Source: Paraspadella gotoi
Lineage: Eukaryota; Animalia; Chaetognatha
Assembly: GCA_051294375.1 (NCBI GenBank)
Contig: JBJCIZ010000282.1
Coordinates: 397,083-461,082, forward strand
Length of the DNA stretch: 64,000 nucleotides
Direction: 5' to 3'
Positions 10,595 to 24,513 of the stretch are shown piece by piece; position 1 is the stretch's first letter; every line of letters begins with the position of its first letter. The position numbers were made by a program, and so were the translations under genes. The notes below the pieces were generated by a model. The model saw only the letters and a list, made by a program, of their open reading frames with translations, did no database searches and was not told where the DNA came from.

Positions 10595-13500
10595 TTATTT
10601 CCCCTTCTTTTTTTTCTCTAAAATATCCTTATGTTTCTCTTTAAGCGTCGGTGGTATTTCGTGTAACATTCTTTTTTCCGTGAATTTAATGTGAGGGTAA
10701 TTAAAGGGGAGGTTTTTAACGGCATTAACGGGAAAAAATTTTAAGTTGCAAGGATTCAAACTTTTTTTTGATAATTCAACGAGATACATGAAATGTCTAT
10801 GACTACGTAATAAACATGATTTAGTATATTGTACATTTTAAAAATATAAACTCATACCGATTTTTTCCGCCGCTGCACTATCCACTCCTTTCAGTCTAAT
10901 CTTTTTATCATAACTCTCTTTTTTATAATCGAAAGTCAACAGACCTGCAAACTGCTCGGCTATTTGATTCGGGGGTAAATCGATTTTAAATTTACCGTTA
11001 ACCTTTTCATTTTTTTTTTTGCCATTCAAAAAGAGTATCCTTTATTTCGTCATTATGGGTGAAATAAGGATGATCTCTATCTAAATTGCTAACATCCAGC
11101 AACTTATGTAATTTAGCCATGCATTTATAAAAGAATCCCGGACCGTCTGACTTTGAATTAAATAATATTTTTAGGCACACTGAATCCGTGTCGGAGGACT
11201 CTCACGTTAGTGCTTCCAGGGAAAGTGCGGAAGCTGGGCAATATGAATTCGTGGAGGCAAAACTGGAGGTAATATTTTGAAAGATCTAACACTCCCATGC
11301 CCGTGAAGATACAGTCGTCCAACAGTACCTTTTTATTATAAGATTTTGCGTAAATACAATTTTCTGAGAGAATCATGGCGTCGATGAAGGCGTGGTCGGA
11401 TATAGTCTTCAATGCCTCCCTCTCGCTTGTAAGAGATCAACTTCCCGTAAATTATGTTCAAAATCAATTTTGCTCTAGAGCATTGTATTTTGCTCTTAGA
11501 TTTTGCCCTTAGATCGATATTTCCTTGGACAAACTCACGAAACAGCACCCTCTGATAAAAAAAAATAATTTTATTGACTCGGGTCAGTTTCACCCCTTTC
11601 GTTAGCAAATACTTAAGAAAAACAAAATGTATGAGATAATTTTTCTTATTAAAATCTACGATTAATTTTTGAACATTATAATTTTTCGTTCCGGTTTTAG
11701 CCATAAGAATCTTAGTGAATGGGGATAATTCGTCAGATTCTATTTTTGGTTAGAGGGGGAAACATTTCGAACAGATGCTTAGCCCTTTCCATATAAACTA
11801 GATCGACATTAAGAAAATAACCTATATTACCAAAATTATCTATATTATTACCGGAATTAATTAAAAATTCTTTTTTAATCTCTCTCAGATTCGATGTGAT
11901 TTTTTAACTTGAAATTAAAGCTTCTTTTTGCTTCCTCTAATAATTTATTGCTTATTTTAACGATGTCTTCAGGGATAGGTTTGGTAATCAATTCGTCGTT
12001 TGATTGAGCGTAGTTCACAAAAATACCCGACCAACCCCCCCGTATCGATCGGCGAATTTCTTTGTAAATATCGATAGATTTGATGCATTCTAATTTTACA
12101 TTAGATTTATACTTACAGGCGTCAAATGCGAAGGCTGGTAAGGACAGATAACGAGTTATGTCTAATTTAAACATAGAATATAATTCTTTTCTTAAATTAA
12201 CGATATTGTCTAATAGGAGGATGGTATCTAATTTTACATAAAAGCTGGCGTATTCCCCCAAGTTTTTACATTTTAATTTATTATACATGTCTAAGGCTTC
12301 CTGATAATCGCTCTCCGAAATATTTTTTCATTTTAGTCGGGAATAGAAATCCTTGTGTTTGGGAAATTCTATTTGATGTAACACGTTCACTCCCTGAAGA
12401 AAATCGTAGAAAAAATTTGCTTTCCTGAGGAACCGGGGGGTCAAAGATTCATCATAATTATTGCTCTTTACGAATTGATGGGTATAAAAAAAATTATCTT
12501 TTAATTTCTCTGCGCATTCTGGGCATAGGGGTTCTGACCCTTTTTTCCCCCCGACACGAATCGCAAATGCTATTTTCGAATAACTTGCTCACCAGGGAGT
12601 CCAGACTCTCAAAATTGAAATAGTTACACAAATCGATGAAGCGGAAAGGTCTCAATCTTTTACAGTCTTTACAGGATTTTCGTTTTTTATAAAACTTTTA
12701 ATCCTTTTCCCATTCTTTTTCAGCGGTTCATCGTCGTCCTGCTCCGAATCATCGTTTTCGACATTGTCGTCGTCGTCATGTCGGAGCACTGCCTCGAAGT
12801 CCGGCTCCCCGTCGTTTGAGTCGTCGTCGTCGTTTGAGTCGCCGTCGTCATCGATTGGGCGTGTCTTCTCCCCGGCTTCCTCAGCCTCCGACGCCTCGAT
12901 CCTGTCGTAAGCCTCTCTAATGCCAGGCATGTTGGCCAAACCCATCTTTTTCCCTCTTTTTCTCTCTTTGATCAGGTTCGGAACCGTTCCCTCTCTATAT
13001 TCTTTGATCTTTCTCTTCTTTTTGGCTCTGCAATTCAGGCATAAGAAACGAATGCTGACGCTCATCACTTTTTCTTCCGTCTTACCCAAGACATCCACTC
13101 TGCGAAAATAATGGCTCAAGTTTGCTATGGAAGAAGAGAGGATCTGGGTGAAATCATAACTAAGATTTTGTATAGCTATAGTTATTTCGCTCTTATCTAT
13201 CAATGCTAAATTACATCAATTGCAAACTATAGCGTATATTTTATTGTTAAATGTATAATCTAAATCGATACTACCAGATAAATGTTCGTGATGTAAAACT
13301 TTGCTATGTTTTTTAAATAACAAATCATTTTTGGTGGGGAATGGAATCTTACATAATTCACAGTTTTTTGCGCTTTTGTATTCCTTGCAAATTTTATTCG
13401 TTATTTCCAAATCATTGTTAGTAGTTAGTAGTTTGTTTAACTCATAAGAGTCGTTATACAGAGAATCCAAAAAATGTTTTTAGACCGTGTAATTTTCAAA

Positions 13501-15341
13501 TTCTTCCCCACTCTTAGCTTGAAAGTGTCTGATAGGAAATGTGTGTGTTTTATCATAAGTATTAATTATCTAATAAGCGCATGAGACCAATCTTAAATTA
13601 CTTATAATATTACTTCGTTTTAAAAATTTGATGCATGGCATGTTATCGTCACATTTTTCACAATCACGACTGTGCTCGTTTTCGTGCTTGAATCGACACC
13701 AAGGTCTGCTCTTGACCTCCCCCTCTTCCAAGGGGGTGTACTCTCTATTCAGATTCAGATTTTTATTCAAGGTATTTATGGCTTCGGTGTCGCAGGCGCC
13801 AATGAATTTTGAGCAATAAAAGGAAGACCAGGATTTAAATTCGATGTGGGTGCCCGGTGGAGTCAGTACAAATTTTTGATTTCTTTTTTCTTTGAAACAC
13901 GTTTCGTAATGCTGATTTTTTAAATATAGTTTAGTAAAGGATCTTAAACATTTAAGCCCTAGTATTCCTGCTTATGGATGACGATAGAAGCCTGGAGAGC
14001 GATCGAATGAGTATGAAGTGGCTGACCCCTTTTCCGAGCTGTAAAATTGTGAGTTCGAATTGTGGTTTCTGGTTGCAGCTTGAGACATAGAACGGGAAAA
14101 TTTCTAATTTTTTATTCTTATACTCATATGTATAAATAATAATGGCAAATAAATTTTTATTAAGTTTCTCTAATTTTTCGATTTGTCTCGGGCTGGTGAT
14201 CGAAAAATTTACGCCTTCATGATTAATATATTTATAAAAGGGACGAAAATTTTTTTCGTACCAAGCGGTTTTGGCGGAAAAATTAAAAATTGATGCTTTT
14301 ATGCAATTCAGCAAACATTTGCCATCTTCGCTTGGGACGTTTAAAAGCGCATTTTTTCTCCTGAGGAAATTCACAATTTTTGGCGAGCCCCCGCCGATGC
14401 TCATAATATTTTTAAAGCGAAAAATATTTAATTTTAAAAATACTGTGTATAGATAAACGAGACCGGATCGTTTCAGTGTTAATTTGGAAATCTCGTAAAA
14501 CAAATTTTCGAATATCCTGTTTAATGTATCCTGTAACCCATCCCCGCGGATCAAGATCTCTACAGGCTGTTGACTTTTGTAATATATCAAATCGGCGTCT
14601 TCGATCTGCTTAATGTCGCTCTCCCCTCCCCATATCGGTGGACGTGCCAATGGCGGAAAATAAAGCTAAACGAATTTTTATTGAAAACTTAATAGATTTT
14701 TGCTTTTTTAATTCCTGATATATAATATTACTGAAAAGAGGTTTGGCTCTGTTGAGCAGTTCAACGAAATCAGCCGACTCTTCGCGAGGGATAAATCTGA
14801 AAGATTGAATTATTTTTGATATGAACTTAAAATAAAATCTATATTGTCCTGAGAATAAACCGAATAATGACTCTCGTATTCATCCTCTTTACCGAGTCGG
14901 CTAATTTTTTAAAAAATATTATTGTTAGTGAAATGCTTACGCGTTACAATTTCTTCGTCCTCCCAATCGTCGGACTCTTCCAGATGTCCGTTCGCCGTCG
15001 GTTCCTCTCGGAGCTCCTAACCTCCGTTTACTGTCGGTTCTTCCTCTTCGATGGCAACGATATCATTGTTGGACAAAATGGAGTCGGTGTTTGCGGTAAT
15101 CGATTCCGCGGTGATGTCGTTGCTGTGCGGGGTGAGATCTTCGTTCGTGGGATTCGCTTTGATCCCTTTCCGAAGTTTCCCCCAATCCTCTTTGCGAAGA
15201 GTGGATCCATGGATCGATGGGGCGTTGTATCCAGAAGTCGCGTGAACGATATGGGTCAAACGGCATCGCTGTCGGTGTGATTCGATTAGGTTGTCTATTT
15301 TTTAAAAACGATATGATGGGGGGAGAATTCAACGTTTTCAT
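10595..15341 (-). pseudogene. Decayed Polinton/Maverick/adintovirus-type protein-primed DNA polymerase B with N-terminal Zn-finger and endonuclease VII-like domains
   Basis: Collinear motifs across frameshifts: RSGLVY..LKLNIFRF...KNALLNV.SEDGKCLL; CELC...HHEHLSG...CNxCNL; NLSYDF; FRFID; FYSRL; YVKLDTILL; SIRGG; GYFLNVDL; KLILNIIYGK; GMGVLDLSK; DTDS; GKFK; KGV. Confidence 0.9.
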
Positions 15342-15369
15342 GAGCAGTTTTTTAACTTTTTTTTTTTTT

Positions 15370-16669
15370 TTTAGTCGGATCTGCTTATGCAGGCGATCCC
15401 GACTCTATAACTCACTTTTTATAACTCATGCTTTTTCGGTCCGTCGCGTCCGCCCCCTCAATATTGTCGGGCACAACACTTATATCATGTCAGAACATCG
15501 AATTAGTGATAAATTTGATGGCAAAAAAATGTATGTCCGTCCGCATCCGTCTGTCTGTCCGTGCCGTCCGTACCGTCCGTCCGTCCGTCGCGTCCGTGTC
15601 GCACCTTAGCTAAAAAAACACCAATTACTCGTGATTGGATGGATGAGTTTAAATGAAATTTGGTGTGTGGATAGGTAAGTGTGTGATGAGCTGGTATTAA
15701 GTTTGCGATGGAATCGTCCGAGTGGAAATGAAGTTTAAATGGAAAAAACAAAAAAAAATATTCACTATTTGAACACCAATTGCTCATGCAGTGGATGGGC
15801 TGAGATTGACACTGGGAATTTTGTATGGTGGCGTAGCGAAGTGTGTGATTGAACAGGGAAATCAAGTTTTCGATGGAATAGTTTGAGTGGAAATAGTTTA
15901 AATGGAAAAGACACAAAAATCCTGTTTTACTGCTAATGATGATTATGGCTTCATTTTTCCGGGCTTTATATAGTTAAATGTCATTAGTGCAGGAAATGTA
16001 TAATTAATAAATGCAACATAATTAATCAGTAATTAATATATTAAGTAAATAAATTAGATCATCAATAATTAATTAATTAGTCAATCAATCGCGTCCTCAT
16101 CTGTCCCATCTTAGCAAAAGCTCCATAATACGTCGGATTGGGCTGGTTGGACTGGAATTAAATTTTGTGTGTGGGTAGGAAAGTGTTGATAAGGCTGGAT
16201 ATAAAATTTCGTATGGAATCGTGTGAGTGGAAATTAGTTGTTAAATGGGAAAAAACATAAAGTCGAATTTACTAAATGCTTTTGTCTTATTTTAACCAAT
16301 AGAAAAAAAAAAATACTCCAATTAATCATAATTGGATGGATACAGATTGAGTTGAAATTTTGTGTGTGGGTAGGAAAACGTATGCACGAAGCTTGATATA
16401 AGTTTCAGTGGAAACGTAGCCAGTGGAATGAGTTTAAATGAAAAAAATATGAGTTCACATTTACTTGAATCTCTTTTTATTTATTTTAACCCATGATAAG
16501 CATTGAGATGAAATTTGTGAGCCGGTAGGAAGTGAGTGAAGAAGCGTAGATATAAAGTTTTGACGGAATTGTCAAGTTGAAAAATTATGCAAGTTGAAAA
16601 AATGATGCAGTTTAAAAAATCTTAAAAGCAGTAAGGATCGTCGCTATTGCATAAAAAAGAAGAGAGAGA

Positions 16670-16714
<45 letters not shown>

Positions 16715-16790
16715 AGAGAGAGAGGAGAGAGAGAGATAGAGAAGGAGACATAAAATAAAAAAAATCTTAAAAGACTCAAGATCGAGCCCA
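15370..16790 (+). mobile_element. DINE-1/HINE-like element copy
   Basis: Same 5' sub-TIR hairpin, (CCGT)n and central repeats as 6103-9862. A family 3' end occurs at 20900-20940. Confidence 0.7.
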
Positions 16791-17110
16791 GAGCCCACTA
16801 TCATAGAATATTAATGAAAAAAACCGGGAAAAACGAATGAATCATGCGATTTAACGAATTGTTGATGTACTAGTAAGTTGATTGAGGTAATACTTAATTG
16901 ATTGATGTTAATAGTAATTTATTGACTGTAATAGGAATTGATTATTGATTCGATGATAATCAATTATTGATGCGGGATGATAGTCATTCACTGCTGTGAT
17001 GATAGTCATTCAGTGATGCGATGATTGTCATCATTGATGCGATGATTGTCATCATGATGCGATGAGTCAATAAAACAAACAAATGCGTGTATGATGAAGA
17101 GAGAGGAGAA

Positions 17111-17148
<38 letters not shown>

Positions 17149-20100
17149 AGAGAGAGAAGAAAGAGAAAGAGAGAGAGAGAAAGGAGAGAGAGAGAGAGAA
17201 AGAAGATAAATCCACGAAAATCATCGGATGAAATTGGGATTTGATTGAGAAAAAGCGGAATAAATGGCGATAATAAAAAGTTTTTAAGGAAAAAAATAAT
17301 CAGATTTTTTTCAAAAACAAACGATCACGCAAAAGATCCAGTAACAGACCAGAGGAGAGAGACAAGGAAGAGAGGAAAAAGAAGAAACAGAGATGAGACA
17401 GCCGCTGCAGAGAAAAGGAGAAAGAGAAAGAGCGATATTAGATAATTAAAGAGAGAGAGAGAGATAAGCTCTACAGTAGGCCGGATCGATATCAGAGTTT
17501 GGTCTTGCCTGTCTGTGATTTCCTGTACTTTCCATGTTACTTAAATAAGTATATGAAGTTAATTTTTTTTAATGTGAATAGCGAATTATTGAATATTTAC
17601 GTGTTTAAAAATTTACCGCACTATAATATGCAAATTGAGATTAAAAGAAAAATGATTCTCATATATATCGAATATTTGGCAAATAAATTAAAATCGCATT
17701 ATCTTTATCTCAACAGTAATATTTAAATTGACATACAGATAGTAACTATTAAATTTCTATTTTTTTGGAAAGATATAAGTAAACAAATATTCTAATATAA
17801 TAGTATCGAAATTAATAAAGATTTAAAGGATTATTCTTCACGTCATTCAGGACAAAATTATATTATTAAAATTTTAGCACAGATCTGGGAGATTCAAATT
17901 ATAGTGGTGTCATCCACAATAGTTATGGTTTTTACTAAAAAATGGTATAGTACAAAATATGCCTCGTAAAAACTATGCACCCGCTCGTGCCTGTCTCTTT
18001 CTTAAAAAATCTCGTCAATCACCTGTAAAAAATGAATTCCGATTTGGGATGATTTCGCTGAACTCAAATAGAGCTGCTCATTGTTTCCTCGTAGCTTTAG
18101 CGATTTCTCTTCATGATCGAATTCGAAATTAGAAGGAAACTGTCTTTTTTAGTATCAATTTAAAGACTGATATTAACTGATATCTAAAGAGAGCTTCCCA
18201 ACTAGAACATAATCTCCATCGATCGAGAAATCTCGCATCCTCGCTTATTTATTCTCCAGCTCAGATCGATGATGTTTTCGCGTCTTCTCTAACGGAAAAA
18301 TCGAAAATCTCCAAGGAGAAGAAAGATTGCCTTCGCGACGCCGCTTATACATCAATGTCGGTCTTCTTCGCCGACATCTTCATTGTCTCCTTCGTCCTCC
18401 ATCGCCGTCTCTTGCATCAACTCTCCAGCACCGACTCCAGTCGTCTGCCACGCCAACTCCATCGTCTGCCGCGCCAACTTCATTGTCTGCGCGCCAACTC
18501 CATCAACTGCGCGCCGACTTCATCGTCTTCTGCGCCGACTCCTTCTCGTACTTCATATATTTTAACTTCGATCCACGACAAATTCTGACGCCAAGGAGTC
18601 GTTGATTCAACTGAAGACAAACTCAACCGGAACCGAAAATCGTCGAGTGTGACCTGTCTGTTAACATATTCATTCGAGATTTAGTTCAACCTACAGCCGA
18701 CAAATCAAACGAGCGACCATCAAGGCATAGAAAGTATAAACAATTTCATAATTATTACAAGAAAATCTTTTATAACTATTGATATCCAAAGGGAGGGAGT
18801 GGCAATTGTTGACACACTCCGGATGAAACCACACACGAGCATGGCAAAAAGGACGATGCACTACTGTTAGGGGGAAACCTTGCGGACCCCCGTACGGGTC
18901 GATGGGTGGCTGCAGACCAGGGGCAGCTTTAAAGAGTCTCGGTGTTGCTCGTATGCCACTGGACGCGGGCTGCAGGGCGTCAACAGTTCACTAGCCCAAG
19001 ATCACTATACTGTAACAATGTATATCAAGAGAGAACACATGGATCAATAACCACAGCTTAGTGAGACAAGGGATCACTGAGAAAACACAAATAATACCCA
19101 ACACCTCTGCTATAAATATCTCATCACTCATGATAGCTGAGGGGAAAAATAGTAATGAATCAACTAACAACTATTAATGGCAAAACGAAGGAATAATCAA
19201 TGAATCTTTATTTAAATAAGACAATCAATGAATGAATTAATCTACAAATGTTTACACGGATTCCACAAAGATCAATCGAGATTCCACAAGAGTTTGTTCC
19301 TGACAAGTCAACATTCAGATAATTCTTTAACTTTGTGAAAAAGATATCGCCTCGTAACCCTCTTAGTCATTTCAACCAGTTTTTATAGTATTAATTTTAA
19401 CTTACCTGATATCAACTGATAAATTTTTTTTAAAATCACTACTTCGATTCAATAAAAGTATTTTATGGAGTTCAGAACAGGAGGCGAAACAAAGTTATTA
19501 AAATATTAAATCGGAAAAATCCGTAATGGAATTTCATGTCCATTTTTTTTTATCTGAAATTTATAATTTTTAATGAGAGAAAGTGAAGAATATTCTCGCC
19601 TCGTCTTCTCCTTCTATCACTTAGGTACAAATTCTCTATACATCAATATTGCTGAGGTTGAATCATGTTTACTAAGAAACTGTTCTGTTTTCAATCATTT
19701 TTATCACCGAATCACCAATTGTCGTCTAAACTTGTTCTATGAGTTTTTAAACCATGTTTTTTCCTATTTTCTCTCATTAAACATACATTTTGAAACTCTT
19801 GTCGACTCATTTTTGGACGGGGGACGCTTGAACGTTAGTTTTCCCGCGTGCGAGGAAGATAAAATTCTTCTTCAGAGAGAGAGAGAGAGAAGAAAGAGAG
19901 ATGAGAGAAAGAGAGAGAAAATAAAGAAAGAGAGATAAGTCGATTGCATATGTCCGGTCAAGGGCTTTATTTATTTTTTTCTTCCTTATTTTCTTGATTT
20001 TGTTCATAATCTTAATGTACTGCTTTAAATACATAAATAAAATTTCTGTACTTAACTGAGAAACAACTTTTTTACTAAGTAAAAATAATACCAAACTAAA

Positions 20101-20940
20101 ATTTGATGGTCACATGACCAAATTTCCACCAATCACAGATCGAACTTGATGATATTTTATAAAAATGTAAAATCTGCAGTGGATCCTGAATATTTTTTTG
20201 GAACTTATTTATGTGATATCCAAATAAAACTATATTAGGTAAAGGAATCACCGACAGGCACATATTTGTAAATTATATATGCATATGATCCGCCCTACTC
20301 TAACAGCCCCTTTACTCGTTAAAGAATCGCACTACTATGCGCCGCACGTAGCGTGAGCTATTCTTTTTACCAAAGGACCCGGGTTCGCGCCCTGTTCGTG
20401 GCATCGTTTTTACATTAGTGAAACCCACATTATATCTAAAAAAATTTTTTGTAAAAAAGAGAGAGAGAGAGAGAGAGAGCTGGACAGACGCTGCAGAGCC
20501 GGAACTCGTTTTTAGAAAGCAGTGACGGAGAAAAAGAGAGAAGAGAGAGCGACATATAATTAAAACGTTTTTTGTTGTAAATAAACATAACAAATACCAT
20601 ATGATATGAAACATGAGAATTTTAAAGATCTTTGGATGGATTAGAACCATATATGAAAATTCAGACTCCCTATGATATCACACTTTCAGAAGCATGATTG
20701 CAAAAAGCGAGACCGGAAAGCTAAACCGAAAAAAAATCGAGACAGACGGGCTTTGCCGCCTGGCTCGAAATAGAGGATATTTGTTTGTTTTGATAAAATG
20801 TAAACAAAAACATTTTAATACTGTCCTGACTCAATTTTAAGGACATCGATGATGACAAGCTGAATATAAATCTATATTAATCTATTAATTAATAATTAAT
20901 TATCGTAGCAGATCCGACATTGTTTGCTCAAACTTGTTTT

Positions 20941-22092
20941 TATTTCGAAGTGATCTGTGATCACGTGTTTAAAGTACAATGTCAAATGTTTGTGAGTTAA
21001 GAAAAATTTATAAGATTCGCAACTCGGTTTGTGATAATTACGAATTTGAGTTATTAGTAATTTGTTTTTCTTTCGTTTTTCCATTTCCATAGTATTAATT
21101 GGTATGTGGGGTTTGTGGGGGAGTAAGGGGGGCATTGAGGATGTCCAGAATGATGATCTCGTTCGCCGGGATATCTCGAAGATCCCCTTCGTTCGGGGGT
21201 GGGGTTGAGGAATCCATTTCTGTGTCTTCCTCTTGGGGGTGAATGGGTCGAGAAAATAATCGTTTATGTACATCTCTTCATTCAGATCGGGGTGAGTTTC
21301 AAGAAATTCGGCGTAATAACTCATTTCCATGTTTAATAGAAATCATTCATAACATGGGCAATTAAGTTCTTGTTGGCATAAAACGTTGTTTTCCATTTTT
21401 TAAAACAAGTCATCAACGAGTTGTTGTAAAAACGCTAGGGGGTCCTCTGCATCTGTCGATTCGTGTCCGACAGCGTTGACGGTATTAGGAACGGCGTTGT
21501 GGAAATCGTGATGAGAATACGGGCTCTGGGGGTGTGGGGTCAGGATCGGTATTGTAGAAAAATCTTGGGTATTTTCGAAATGAAAGTATGACTCTGCTTT
21601 CTTGACGCTTGATCGCGTGGAATTTTTGATCTAGGGGGGGTCGTTGTCGTTGATATTTAACGATAATTCTCTGAGATGCTCTCCGGCGGTTTGTAAACGA
21701 TGTTGTTAACCGATTGACGATTCTGGAGTATGATTTTTTATTTTGAGTTGTTCGCAAAAAGTTTTAAAGGACGAAATCAGTTGTTCTTGTTGCGCTCGAA
21801 TGGTGTGACAATTTTCGCAGTGTTTGGCGATTTCATTCTTGCATAACAAAATTATTTTGTCTTTTACTTGTTGGGGAAAATCGATTTCTTTGCTTACTTT
21901 ATAGATGGTTAGAGACTGATCGAAAAAGGTGTCCCCGAAGGATGGATTGCGTCTTGGTTGAAATGTTTTGTTTGGTTTTTGCTTGCCTTCCTCGCTGGAA
22001 ATTAAGGAAAAATGAGGACTCGATGCCATGATGCTAAAATGGGGAAATGACGTGTATTCGTTTTTTTGGTCGAATCGAGTCGCGATCGTCAT
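20941..22092 (-). pseudogene. Frameshifted orphan gene with CxxC/CxC motifs, truncated by a HINE end
   Basis: Consecutive overlapping ORFs 21706-22092, 21485-21757 and 20896-21330 in non-repetitive sequence (KHCENCH; LNCPCYE just upstream of the last ORF). The last ORF runs into the HINE terminus. Confidence 0.4.
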
Positions 22093-22162
22093 GGTTCGAG
22101 GGGCACGCGCGAGCGCACGTTTTACGGAAAAAACATTGACAGATGTTTAAATTTTTGTCTAG

Positions 22163-22194
<32 letters not shown>

Positions 22195-22432
22195 ATCCAT
22201 CGTATTTTCTCTCTTTCTCTCTCTCTCTTTTAGTGGTTTTTCATTCTTCGCCTTCTTATCTATAAATGACTAATGACCCTGGGGCTCGCGAAAGTTTTTC
22301 TTCGTGTCAACTGATAAGCTTCTTTTTTCCATTGTTCGCTTTTCACTTTTCACTTTTCATCCTTCCACGCTTTTTTTTCCCAAAATTTCTCTCTCTCTCT
22401 CTCTCTCTCAAACAAACAAACAAACAAACAAA

Positions 22433-23734
22433 ATGTTTCTGCTCGCCTTTACGTTCTCCTGCTTTGCGTTGACCTTTGCTCGACCAGTCATCCAGCATGA
22501 CTATTATTACTATAACGAGTATTATACGGAACCTCCGGCCATTACTGTCGGATTCGCTCTGACGTCGAAAGGAACGACGCCAATTTCCAACACGGCCTTC
22601 TCGTCTGTCGAACAGACGGCATCGGTTATCGATTGGAACGTTTTCTTCAAGAAATTTTACGAGTTGGCGCGAGTGAACGTCGACGTTCCCCGGTCTTTGA
22701 TAGCGGTAAACGTTTTGCGGGAAACGACGACAAGAAAGACGATGCCAGCAATCAAAACGCGGATCGCGACAACAAGAAGGACGATGCCGGCAATCGAAAC
22801 GCGGCCCGTGACAATGATAAATGCTACAACGACGAGTGCCGCGACGACGCCGACCGCGATGCCATGGGCGCGGTCGACTTCGACCGCGATGTCGGGGATG
22901 CGGGCCGCGACGACGACGACCGCGATGTCAGTGGTACGGGCTGTGACGACGACGATCGCGACGACAACGACCGTTGGCAAACGAGTGAATGGGACCGAGA
23001 AAACCCCTGGAGCATTTGCTCCAAATGGGACTAAGGTAAAAAATATGTGGGTCTTGCGTCTTTAGGGCGATCGTTATATCCGCGTCGGGGACAGATGGTG
23101 GGTTCAAAAGCAGGCAGGAGAGGTAATCGATGCTAATAGCTAATTTTTCTCTTTCATTCAAAATTGATTAGTTTTTAATTTTTTTACAGCTGGGCGATAA
23201 TTCTCCGGTCGAAGTGGCTCGAGTCGACTTCTTGACATACTTGGGACCTACGATCACTTGTCTGGTGGTCATAGGTTTATTTTACATTATTCGACGGGTG
23301 AAGCGGGGTGGAAGTCGTCCCGCGAGACGTTCGACTCCTCCCCCTCGAGAGAATCTCTCGAGATGACGACGCTGCCACGGACCAGTGTAGCAAGATCGCA
23401 CGCTTCTCGGGTACGATCGAGCATCGTGAGGACTCTCCCGGGTCGAGTGCGGCGTCTCCCCGTGACGAGAGATTCGCCTTACACGGATTTGAGTGCAAGC
23501 TTAGACCAACCATAACGTCGGCATAATATGCTACCGAAATCGTTTATCCACCGCATTCAAGTTCACGTTCCCACCGATGAAGAGGATTAAAACATTTATC
23601 GAGAACTGGAGAGGGTGAAAGAGATCGAGGAAGATTTAGCAAGTTGGGGGACTGATTGGGGGGAGGGTGAAGATGATGGGGGGGAGCGTTATTTGACTCC
23701 CATCGCTTTCCCCACGTACGAGGCTGTTAATTGA
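22433..23734 (+). CDS. Type I membrane mucin-like glycoprotein: signal peptide, Thr-rich ectodomain, TM helix, frameshifted tail
   Basis: MFLLAFTFSCFALTFA signal; Thr-rich stalk with NAT/NGT sequons. Phase-0 exons 22433-23035, 23066-23122 and 23190-onward; the third encodes YLGPTITCLVVIGLFYII-RRVKR. TATAAA at 22261. Confidence 0.6.
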
Positions 23735-24082
23735 ACTATGTCTCTCTCTCTCTCTCCGCTAGTCGTTCGGGTCTCGGATCTCTCTCTCTCTCTCTCGTGT
23801 CTGGAAAATATATTTCAACTTTTTTTTGCACGGGTTTCGAACACTTTCCCCGTTTGAATCGATCAAGATTTGTAAAGAAGAAACTAAAAAAATTTAAAAT
23901 TCGAAATTTAAACAATTACGAAAAAAATGGCTATCTAAAAATATTATTTTGAAACGAGCGCGAGTCCAATCGCGAGCACGTAAGTAATAATAGTATATTT
24001 AAAATTGAAAAATAGATTTAAAAATGATTAAAAAGTTTAATTTCATAATGGAGTGCAGTGCAAAAAAAAAAAATTATAAATT

Positions 24083-24126
24083 TTCCATATATTTCGACAT
24101 AAGTTTCTATGTCATCTTCAGTGGAA
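24083..24126 (-). ncRNA. Minimal hammerhead ribozyme (inverted copy)
   Basis: Reverse complement of 24514-24557. Confidence 0.75.
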
Positions 24127-24513
24127 GAAAAAGAATTAACAAACAAAACTTTTACAAAGTAAGAAATAGAGAAAAAAAGAGAGAGAGACACAATAACAAT
24201 GAAAAGGCTAAAGACTAAATGACCTTAAAGTGGTCAGAAGAACCCAAAAAGGGTTGGCCCCCCACCCCTTCATAAGTCATTAAAGACACAGTTCCACGCG
24301 TCAGTTTTCACGTAGGCTCCCCAGTCTTCATTAAGACCCTCCCCAGGTCCACTACTGTGACGTCGGGTTCTTCTGGGTTCTTCTGGGTTCTTCTGGGTTC
24401 TTCTGACCACTTTAAGGTCATTTAGTCTTTAGCCTTTTCATTGTTATTGTGTCTCTCTCTCTTTTTTTCTCTATTTCTTACTTTGTAAAAGTTTTGTTTG
24501 TTAATTCTTTTTC

